From: Thermoanaerobaculia bacterium
GTDB taxonomy: Bacteria > Acidobacteriota > Thermoanaerobaculia > Gp7-AA8
Assembly (NCBI GenBank): GCA_017883235.1
Contig: JADGNY010000012.1
Coordinates: forward strand, 6,091-70,090
DNA length: 64,000 bases
Reading direction: 5' to 3'
The position numbers were made by a program, and so were the translations under genes. Under the pieces are notes generated by a model that was not told the origin of the DNA, did not search any database, and saw only the letters and a program-made list of their open reading frames with translations. Positions within the stretch are counted from its first letter, which is position 1. Each line of letters starts with the position of its first letter. Below are positions 56,264 through 64,000 of the stretch, in pieces.

Positions 56264-58900
56264 ATGGTGAATGTGAGAAGTAAGACAAGAGCCAAGCTGA
56301 TCCTGCTGATCACAGGCATGCTGGTGGCGGGCGTCACCAGCGCGCACGCGTCGTTCTGGAAGCGCAATACAGCGGCCAAAGCTCCGTCGGAGGCTGCTGT
56401 TTCCGGTGCCGCCGCCGGAATGTCGCTTACAGCGGTCGAATTCGAGACCTCTCCGGCGCCGCGTCTCGTCCTGCGCACGACATCCAGCCCGGTTTACACC
56501 TCCTACAGCCCGATGCCCGACCTTTTCGTGATCGACCTGACCGGCGCATCGAAGGCTGCGTCGCTGGCGATCCCAACCACCCTTCCCGCGTCCGTTGGTT
56601 CGGTCTCCGTCGATGACGTGACCGAGATGGGCTCGCGCCTTACGCGCGTCTCCGTGCACCTGACCCAGCCAGCCTCCCTCGAAGCGTCTGCCGAGGGCAA
56701 CAACGTCGTCATCACTCTGCCGGCATCAGCCGTGGCCGTGGCCGCGGATGCTGCTCCGGCCCCGGTCGTGCCGCAGGTCGTACCGCAGCACGTTGAGCCG
56801 GTTACGGCCGCCGAGGTGAAAACGGAGCCGTTGCCGGAACCTGTTAAGAGTGAGCCGATTGCCGAGGCCAGCAAACCCGCCCTCGAACCAGCCGTGGTCA
56901 CAGAGTCGCTGCCGCCGGCAAACAAGGCCAAAACGCTGAGGAGGATTGAGACCAGTGGAGCCGGCGCGGCCATGGAAGTCCGTCTGGCCACGGACGGCGA
57001 CGTTGCTTACAACGCGTTCAAGCTCGAGAAGCCGTCCCGCGTGGTCATCGATCTCAACGGCGTGAACGACAAGCTGCTCAAGAACGTCATCAATGTCTCC
57101 GACCCGGTAGTGAAACGGATCCGCGTGTCGCAGTTCAAGGGCGCGCCCGACGCGGTGACGCGTGTCGTACTCGACATCGATGAGAAGACCGGATATCACG
57201 TGACGAAGTCCGGCGATGCGCTTCGCATTACGTTCGGAGAGGCCCCGGCGATGGCGGCAACACCCATGCCGACGCCGACACCCACTCCGATGCCGAAACA
57301 GGAAGAGCCGCGAGTAGCGGCCACCCCGGCCGTGTCTCCGGCGGCAAACGGAGTTGCTCCGACGAAGACCGCGGTTGCCGCGGATATCCCGGCGCAGGTG
57401 CCGACGATCGCCGAGAACTCTGCCTGGAAGATGCCCGAGGACCGGAAACCGGTTACGGCGGTCATCAACGCGCCGCAGACCCAGACTCCGCCGACCTCGA
57501 AGAAGCGCGGCAAGACCACGAGCACTTCCAACTCTTCATCGCCTCCCGCGCTCGAACCTGTTCCCGAGAACGTCTTCTCCGACCAGACCGTGCCACCGAC
57601 ACCGCTGCCGGCGAGCAGTGCGTCGGGCGGTACGCTGTTGTCCGGCACCGGTACCGGCCCCGGAGGGCGGACGCTCGCCAGCGGGGAGAAGGTTTACACC
57701 GGTGAACCGCTTTCGCTCAATCTCAAAGATGCAGACATCAAGGATGTCCTTCGGACGTTCCACGAGCTCACTGGACTGAACATCGCCATCGACCCGTCGG
57801 TCACCGGCTCGGTCACGGTCGATTTCGTCGACGTGCCGTGGGACCAGGCCCTCGAGGTCATCCTGCGCCAGAACTCGCTGGCATACGTGCTCGAAGGAAA
57901 CGTCATGCGCGTCGGGACGTCCGCCCGCTTGGCGGACGAGGCCGAAGCGAACCGCCATCTGAGCGACCAGGAGAGGCTGAACGTGCCTCTGAGCACGGTC
58001 GGTTTCAAACTCTCGTACGCCCGGGCCACGGATGTCTCTAATCTGCTGAAGGAGATGGCCTCGCCGCGCGCCCGGATCATCGTCGACCAGCGGACGAACC
58101 AGCTCATCATCAGCGAGATCCCCGGCTATCTGCAGACGATGAGAAACCTCATCGACTCGGTCGATGTGCCGACGCGCCAGGTTGTCATCGAGGCGCGCAT
58201 CGTCGAAACGACGAAGCTGTTCATTCAGCAGTACGGCTTCAACTGGGGCTTCAAGGGGACGATGGATCCCTCCCTCGGCACCGGCACCGGTCTGGTCTTC
58301 CCGAACCGCGTCGATACAGTCGGCGGTCCGTTCGAGTTCGGAGCGGGCAATCCGGTCGTTTCTTTCTCCCTCCAGAATGTCCTGGGAACCTTCACGCTGG
58401 ACCTGGCGTTGCTGGCTGCTGAGACCGAGGGCCTGGTCCGCGTCATCTCCGCGCCGCGCGTGACGACGCAGGACAACACGTCGGCGGAGATTCAGAGCGG
58501 TTTCCAGATCCCGTACCAGACGCGCATCAACTTGACGACGACCGTTGCGTACGTCGATGCCACACTGCGATTGACCGTGACACCGCAGATCACCGAGGCC
58601 GGCACCGTCATCATGGACATTCAGGTGCAGAAGAACGAGCCGGCCACCGGTCTCAACATCGTGGGCGGCGCGGGTACACCGCTGTCAACGCGGCGCGCGC
58701 AAACGAAGTTGATGGTGCGCGACGGCGGCACGTCCGTCATCGCCGGCATCTATCAGGTCAAGGAAAACAACTCCCAGACACGGCTTCCGTTCGTCTATCA
58801 GATTCCGATCCTGGGGGCATTGTTCAAGCAGCGGAACTACAACACGGAACACGACGAGTTGTTGATCTTCATCACGCCTCGAATCGTCAGGGCGTCGTAA
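56264..58900 (+). CDS. pilQ: Type IV pilus secretin PilQ (two AMIN domains)
   Basis: YTGEPLSLNLKDADI, VPWDQAL, QVVIEARIVE, IPILGALFK, ELLIFITPRIV. Confidence 0.95.
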   Translation: MVNVRSKTRAKLILLITGMLVAGVTSAHASFWKRNTAAKAPSEAAVSGAAAGMSLTAVEFETSPAPRLVLRTTSSPVYTSYSPMPDLFVIDLTGASKAASLAIPTTLPASVGSVSVDDVTEMGSRLTRVSVHLTQPASLEASAEGNNVVITLPASAVAVAADAAPAPVVPQVVPQHVEPVTAAEVKTEPLPEPVKSEPIAEASKPALEPAVVTESLPPANKAKTLRRIETSGAGAAMEVRLATDGDVAYNAFKLEKPSRVVIDLNGVNDKLLKNVINVSDPVVKRIRVSQFKGAPDAVTRVVLDIDEKTGYHVTKSGDALRITFGEAPAMAATPMPTPTPTPMPKQEEPRVAATPAVSPAANGVAPTKTAVAADIPAQVPTIAENSAWKMPEDRKPVTAVINAPQTQTPPTSKKRGKTTSTSNSSSPPALEPVPENVFSDQTVPPTPLPASSASGGTLLSGTGTGPGGRTLASGEKVYTGEPLSLNLKDADIKDVLRTFHELTGLNIAIDPSVTGSVTVDFVDVPWDQALEVILRQNSLAYVLEGNVMRVGTSARLADEAEANRHLSDQERLNVPLSTVGFKLSYARATDVSNLLKEMASPRARIIVDQRTNQLIISEIPGYLQTMRNLIDSVDVPTRQVVIEARIVETTKLFIQQYGFNWGFKGTMDPSLGTGTGLVFPNRVDTVGGPFEFGAGNPVVSFSLQNVLGTFTLDLALLAAETEGLVRVISAPRVTTQDNTSAEIQSGFQIPYQTRINLTTTVAYVDATLRLTVTPQITEAGTVIMDIQVQKNEPATGLNIVGGAGTPLSTRRAQTKLMVRDGGTSVIAGIYQVKENNSQTRLPFVYQIPILGALFKQRNYNTEHDELLIFITPRIVRAS

Positions 58901-58954
58901 TAACTTGTAAAACGTCTTTTCGCAGCGGATGATCCGGAGAGTTGGAGGGGTGGT

Positions 58955-59545
58955 ATGAGGATAAAGAAACTCGCATTGATCGTTGCGATTGCGCTGCCGA
59001 GCGTGGCGATCCTTTCGTGCAACTCGATTGCGCGCGAGTCGGGCTCGGTGGAACTGGTCGTCGCCGGAACGCAGATCATCAATCAGATCGACCTGCAGGG
59101 TGGTGCCTCCGGATGCGCGACGTCGCTCGGTACCGTGAACATACGGGTCCTGCTCCTGCAGCCACAGACCGCCGATCCGTTGCATCCGGTGTCAAACCAG
59201 TTCCTCGACGTCAAGCTCGACCGTTACCAGGTCAGCTATCAGCGAACCGACGGCGGCAAGCTCGTTCCGCCGGCCTTTGTCCGCTCCACCGCACAGCTGA
59301 TTACGGCGACCGGCGGGAATCAGGCTCTCAGCGATTTCGTCGGCTTCGAGACGAATGCCTTGAATCAGGCGCCGTTCGCGGCACTGCTACCGCAGAACGG
59401 CGGCAAGGATCCGGAGACAGGTCTCAGCTTCGTGAAGCTGAACATCATTCTGACGGTCTTTGGGCAGACGCTGGCCGGCGATCGTGTTCAGGGCTCGGCC
59501 ACATTTCCAATTAACTTCTGCTTTAACTGCGGTGGCTGTTTCTAG
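58955..59545 (+). CDS. Hypothetical lipoprotein downstream of pilQ
   Basis: ILSC lipobox, beta-rich, terminal CFNCGGCF. Confidence 0.7.
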   Translation: MRIKKLALIVAIALPSVAILSCNSIARESGSVELVVAGTQIINQIDLQGGASGCATSLGTVNIRVLLLQPQTADPLHPVSNQFLDVKLDRYQVSYQRTDGGKLVPPAFVRSTAQLITATGGNQALSDFVGFETNALNQAPFAALLPQNGGKDPETGLSFVKLNIILTVFGQTLAGDRVQGSATFPINFCFNCGGCF

Positions 59546-59611
59546 CCTCCCGCACCGGCTGCCGCGCCGGATGATCCGTGTGGGTGTGATGAGGAGTTGA
59601 CGGGGGTAGAC

Positions 59612-61642
59612 ATGAAGCAGACAAAACAGCGATTCATCTTACTGGCGCTTACAGCGTTATTGGTGTTTTTCGCGGGTTGCAAAGGCGAATCGCCGACGGC
59701 GCCTCCTCCGGTCACTGGGACGAGTGGCGGCACGGGCAGCGGTTCAGGAACGCCGCCGCCGGTTGGTGCGAGCCTCACGCTCACCGCATCGACCACCGCG
59801 CCGTTCACCAGCTCCACATCGACGCTCACAGCCACGGTTACGCAGAACAACGCGCCGGTGCCAAACGGTACGGCCGTCGAGTTCGTGACGGCGACACCCA
59901 GTGCGAACTTCACGGATACGCCCGACAACCCGACCACGATCATCAGAACCACGACGGCAGGCGTCGCCAAGGTTACCGTGACCTCATCGGTGGCCGGGGC
60001 GGTCGTCGTTACCGCCACTGTCAACAACGTGACGAAGAGCATCACCCTGAATTTCCAGGATCCCGTCTTTCCGCCACCGCCCCCATCGACGGCGCCGACC
60101 ATCTCCAGCGTAAATCCGGCCACGGGTCTCCCGACCGGGAACCAGTCCGTCGTCATCACCGGCACGAACTTCCGCGCCCCGGTGCGCGTCCTGTTCGATC
60201 CGGGCAGCGGCCAGGCGGCCAAAGAGGCATTCTCCACAAGCGTCACACCGACGTCGATCACCGTGATCACTCCGGCCTTCGACCTCGGCGTCAGCCAGCA
60301 ACTCGTGGTCAGCATCACTGTGATCGTCGAAGCGGGTGCTCCTACCGAGCAGCGGGTCACGAAAGCGGCTGCATTCACCTACACCGCACCGGTGCTGACG
60401 CCGGTCTTCCGCGCGCTCAGTCCGACCTCGGGTCCGATCGACGGCGGCACGCGCGTCACCATCACGGGCGATGCGTTCGAGGCCCCGCTCCAGGTCTTCT
60501 TTGGCTCGGCGCAGGCGCAGGTGCTCAGCGTGACCTTCCACTCGATCGACGTGATGTCGCCCACCGCCCGCGATACGAACCCGAACGGCTCCGGCGTGGT
60601 CACGGGACCGGTGGACATCAAGATCGTCAACGTCAACTCCGGCAAATCGGTTGTCGCGCCGGGCGCTTTCCGCTACGTGAACAAGGCACAGATCACGGCC
60701 ATCACACCGGATCAGGGTCCATTTACCGGCGGCACGCGCTTCACGATCGACGGCACGGGCTTCGTTGCGCCGACAACGGTCTATCTCGACGGCATCGCCG
60801 CTTCGGTCATCAAGGTGACGGCGACGGAGATCACCGGTATCTCCAACGGCATTGCCGTTACATCGTGTGCTGATGCCACTGGTCCGATCGTGGTAACGAA
60901 CGTTGACAACGGCGATTCAGCGACTGCACCGACTCCGTGGATCTTCCGCGTCTTCAAGCCGGTCATCGTGAGCGTCTCACCCAGTCAGGTTCTCGCGGGC
61001 GGTAACGCATCGATCAGGGTGGCCAATGCCGTCGGGTTCCCCCGGATCACGGTAGGAACCTTCGGTGTGAGCATCACCTCGCAGACGGACAACGGCGACG
61101 GCACGACCACGTTTGTCATCCAGGTGCCGTCCAATCTGCCGCTTACGACGCAAACATGCTCCGTTGCCGGAACGACTGCGCAACAGCCGACCCCATTCGA
61201 TGTGACCTACACCAGTCTTGCGACGACCTGTACCGACACGCTGAAGAATGGACTTACGGTCGCTCCCGCGGCCGTGCCGATTCTGACGCTCAGTCCGGGT
61301 GCGTTCTCGCCGTTCAGCGCCGTGATCACGCCGGCTTCCGTGGGTCCTCCGCCCGTTCCAGTCAGCGTCAAGCCGTCGGCGACTCAGACGGTAAATATCG
61401 TCAATACCGGCTCCGCGCCGCTGAACGTCACCAGCATCAGCGCCAGCGGCGCGGGTTGCGCGCGGTTCTCGATCGTGCCGCTCATTCCGCCGTCACCGAC
61501 CATTACGTTGAATCAGTGCGATTCCCAGCCGGTGGTCGTTCAATACAACGGCACGACGGTGGCTGGAACCGATCAATGTGCGATCACAATCAACACCAGC
61601 GCGGGTAGCCGAACACTCAGTCTCGTCGGTACCTCGCAGTAG
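59612..61642 (+). CDS. Lipoprotein with Ig-like and IPT/TIG repeats
   Basis: FAGC lipobox; repeats of P.SGP..GGT.VTI.G..F. Confidence 0.8.
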   Translation: MKQTKQRFILLALTALLVFFAGCKGESPTAPPPVTGTSGGTGSGSGTPPPVGASLTLTASTTAPFTSSTSTLTATVTQNNAPVPNGTAVEFVTATPSANFTDTPDNPTTIIRTTTAGVAKVTVTSSVAGAVVVTATVNNVTKSITLNFQDPVFPPPPPSTAPTISSVNPATGLPTGNQSVVITGTNFRAPVRVLFDPGSGQAAKEAFSTSVTPTSITVITPAFDLGVSQQLVVSITVIVEAGAPTEQRVTKAAAFTYTAPVLTPVFRALSPTSGPIDGGTRVTITGDAFEAPLQVFFGSAQAQVLSVTFHSIDVMSPTARDTNPNGSGVVTGPVDIKIVNVNSGKSVVAPGAFRYVNKAQITAITPDQGPFTGGTRFTIDGTGFVAPTTVYLDGIAASVIKVTATEITGISNGIAVTSCADATGPIVVTNVDNGDSATAPTPWIFRVFKPVIVSVSPSQVLAGGNASIRVANAVGFPRITVGTFGVSITSQTDNGDGTTTFVIQVPSNLPLTTQTCSVAGTTAQQPTPFDVTYTSLATTCTDTLKNGLTVAPAAVPILTLSPGAFSPFSAVITPASVGPPPVPVSVKPSATQTVNIVNTGSAPLNVTSISASGAGCARFSIVPLIPPSPTITLNQCDSQPVVVQYNGTTVAGTDQCAITINTSAGSRTLSLVGTSQ

Positions 61643-61662
61643 CAAATCACGTATCCCGTTCG

Positions 61663-61691
61663 ACGAACCGCCCCTCCGTGGGGCGGTTCGT
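61663..61691 (+). terminator. Stem-loop terminator
   Basis: ACGAACCGCCCC-TCCGT-GGGGCGGTTCGT followed by TTC. Confidence 0.7.
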
Positions 61692-61748
61692 TTCTGCGGC
61701 CGAGGTTGCGCCGCCGCGGTTTGTTAAGCAGAATTCGAAGTTCAGCAG

Positions 61749-62957
61749 ATGGTTCAACCCGGTATCAGCGCCAAAATCGAAGAGCTTTAATTCCGGATCA
61801 AGACTGATCCCAGGAGCAGACTGTTCTTTCCGCTCGCCGAGGAACTGCGCAGGAACGGCAAGCTCCCGGAAGCGGAGCAGGTCCTTCGTACCGGTCTCGG
61901 CATTCACGCCACGTACCTCTCGGCATGGGTCAGCCTCGGGCGCGTGCTTCGCGAGCAGCACAAGAATGCCGAGGCCGTCGACGCTCTGAACACGGCGCTG
62001 CAGGTCGATCCGGGCAACGTCGTCGCTGCCCGTTTGCTGGCCGACGCCTATTTCGACCTCGGCGAGAAAGTCGAGGCGATCAAGAAGTACAAGCTCGTCC
62101 ACGCGCTGATGCCGTCGGATGAGGAACTCAAGGCGAAGATCGAACAGATTGACCGCGACCTTCAGGCCGCCGCCCCGGCGCCAGTCGCGCCGGTCGAGGA
62201 AGTGCCGGAAATGCCGGAGCCGCCGTTCGCGGAACCGGAGTTGCAGGCCGTGCCGGAGCCCGAGCCAACCTCCGCTGCCACGGCCGATGTGCCGTTTGCA
62301 ACATCCGAAACGCCATTCGACGAAACGATGCCGATCACGCGGACGGTCGAGTCGCCGTTCGGTACCGGTGACGAAATTCCGATGCCGGCGCAGCACGCGG
62401 AGAGCCCTTTCGAGGAACCGTCCGGCTATACCGCGGCGGCGCTCGAAGCCGACCAGCCGGCAGGGATGCACATCGAGGAAGCCCCGCTCGTCGCCGAGGT
62501 TCCCTCGGTGTGGCTGGAGGAGCCGCAGGCAAGCGAGCCTGCCGCTGACGTCTTTGCTCCAGCGGAGCCGGAAGCGGCCCCGCAGGATGACGACGTCGCC
62601 GCCACGACGACGATGGCCGACCTCTACGTGCGTCAGGGTCTGATCGACGAGGCGCGCAAAATCTACGAGCATCTGTTGCAACGCGATCCGTACGACGAGG
62701 ATGTACGCGCGAAGCTCGATGCGCTGGACCGGAAAGTTGCCGAGTTACCGAGTGACGAGGTTCCCGAAGCAACCCAGCAGCCCGACAACCAGGCAACCGA
62801 GTCCGAAGAGGCCGCCTGGCAACCCGGCAGCCCGGCAACTGATTCCGAGCCGCCCCCCCAGCCTGGCGATCCGGCAACGCTGCATCGCCATGCCCAGGTG
62901 GTCGTGCTCCGGCAGTGGCTGACGAAGGTCTCGCGTCGGGAGACGACCGGTGCGTAA
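61749..62957 (+). pseudogene. TPR protein with acidic linker, interrupted by in-frame TAA at codon 14
   Basis: ATG at 61749 reads MVQPGISAKIEEL*FRIKTDPRSRLFFPLAEELRR..., in frame with ORF 61944-62957; C-terminal TMADLYVRQG TPR. Confidence 0.7.
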
Positions 62958-63315
62958 GAGCATCTTTCGCGATGTTCTCGAGTCGTTGCGCGACCGTATC
63001 GAGGGGACGCTCGCCGTCACTCTCATCGCTCTCGACGGCATCGCCATCGAGACGATCAGCGACGGCTCGGTGCCGCTGGACGTCATGGGCGCCGAGTTCG
63101 GAGGCTTCATCAAGTCGGTGCGGCTATCCAACACCGACCTCAATACGGGCGACGTTTTGCAGCTCTCGCTCGTCACCGAGAAGTACATTATCTTGCTCTC
63201 GGCGGTCACGCCGGAGTACTTTCTCCTGCTCGTGATGCGGCCGGACGGCAATTACGGTCGTGCACGGCACGAACTGGCGAAAGCGAAGTACGCGCTTCGC
63301 GAAGAGCTGGTCTGA
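62950..63315 (+). CDS. Roadblock/LC7 domain protein (MglB/MglC-like)
   Basis: LIALDGIAIE...EYFLLLVMRPDGNYGRAR. Confidence 0.85.
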   Translation: MRKSIFRDVLESLRDRIEGTLAVTLIALDGIAIETISDGSVPLDVMGAEFGGFIKSVRLSNTDLNTGDVLQLSLVTEKYIILLSAVTPEYFLLLVMRPDGNYGRARHELAKAKYALREELV

Positions 63316-63324
63316 GGTAGCGAA

Positions 63325-63822
63325 TTGAATTTCAAAGAGATACTCGAACTGATCGACAAAGTTGCGGACCGCGGCATCGCCGGCGTTGAGATCGAACAGG
63401 CCGGCCTGAAAGTCCGAATCGACGGCAAGTCGACGGAGCCGCAGGTCATCCACTCCTACGCCGGAGACCGGCCCGCCGCCCCTCCCGTCTATATGCCGCC
63501 GGCGGCTCCGCCTCCACCACCCACGGCAGCGGAGAAGGCCGCCACGGCGAAGGCGGAAGAAGACGCGGCCGAGGTGGGGCTTCACGTCATCACCTCACCG
63601 ATCGTAGGCACGTTCTATCGCTCGGCGAATCCTGAGTCTGAGCCGTTCGTCAACATCGGCGACCGCATCGTCAAAGGGCAGGTTCTCTGCATCATCGAAG
63701 CGATGAAGCTGATGAACGAGATCGAGTCGGACGTCGACGGCGTCGTGACCAGGATCTACCCCCAGAACGGACAGCCCATCGAGTATGGGGAGAAGCTTTT
63801 CGCGGTGAAACTCTCTTCGTAG
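63325..63822 (+). CDS. accB: Acetyl-CoA carboxylase biotin carboxyl carrier protein
   Basis: [20 protein letters not shown]. Confidence 0.95.
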   Translation: MNFKEILELIDKVADRGIAGVEIEQAGLKVRIDGKSTEPQVIHSYAGDRPAAPPVYMPPAAPPPPPTAAEKAATAKAEEDAAEVGLHVITSPIVGTFYRSANPESEPFVNIGDRIVKGQVLCIIEAMKLMNEIESDVDGVVTRIYPQNGQPIEYGEKLFAVKLSS

Positions 63823-63825
63823 CCT

Positions 63826-64000
63826 ATGCCAGCAATCACGAAAGTCCTGATCGCCAACCGCGGCGAGATCGCGCTGCGCGTCATTCTGGCCTGCAAGGAG
63901 ATGGGTTTGAAGACGGTGGCCGTCCACTCGGAGCCTGACCGAGATGCGCTTCACGTCCGCTACGCCGACGACGACGTCTGCATCGGTCCGGCGGCGTCGC
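63826..64000 (+). CDS. accC: Biotin carboxylase (3' end outside window)
   Basis: [30 protein letters not shown]. Confidence 0.95.
   Translation, partial: MPAITKVLIANRGEIALRVILACKEMGLKTVAVHSEPDRDALHVRYADDDVCIGPAAS

Noticed and set aside
61788-61790. Programmed stop-codon recoding
   Set aside because: TAA is not a known Sec/Pyl codon and is used as a normal stop elsewhere in the window

Overview
High-GC bacterial chromosome segment. Gene content (Oar-like TonB receptor, sulfatase-TPR pair, PA2778/PA2779-like pair, ECF-TPR cassette) suggests an Acidobacterium, probably Thermoanaerobaculia-like; this is inference, not a database result. Core genes are ahb-type heme genes, rnc-envC-S41 protease, relA/spoT, rpmB, pilMNOPQ, a roadblock protein and accBC. 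Accessory blocks are interleaved. The most notable block (about 9.6-19.9 kb) lies between two same-orientation copies of a composite 21-bp repeat element. It encodes an ECF sigma factor coupled to a soluble zinc-finger anti-sigma/TPR protein, followed by two tandem 60-aa secreted peptides ending DISLPPG and DINLPPG (a candidate undescribed RRNPP-like peptide-sensing ECF system). The block continues with an AraC-type HTH, three paralogous small HTH proteins and a frameshifted YD-like/HExxH exported protein. Other highlights: a c-di-AMP (ydaO-type) riboswitch in front of a TonB-dependent receptor, an ice-binding DUF3494 protein with its own exosortase H, a solitary anti-phage dCTP deaminase, and many 7-8-mer-based hairpin elements, two of them read in-frame inside genes. 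No rRNA, tRNA, CRISPR array, integrase or transposase was recognised. All calls come from reading motifs by eye; no searches were run.
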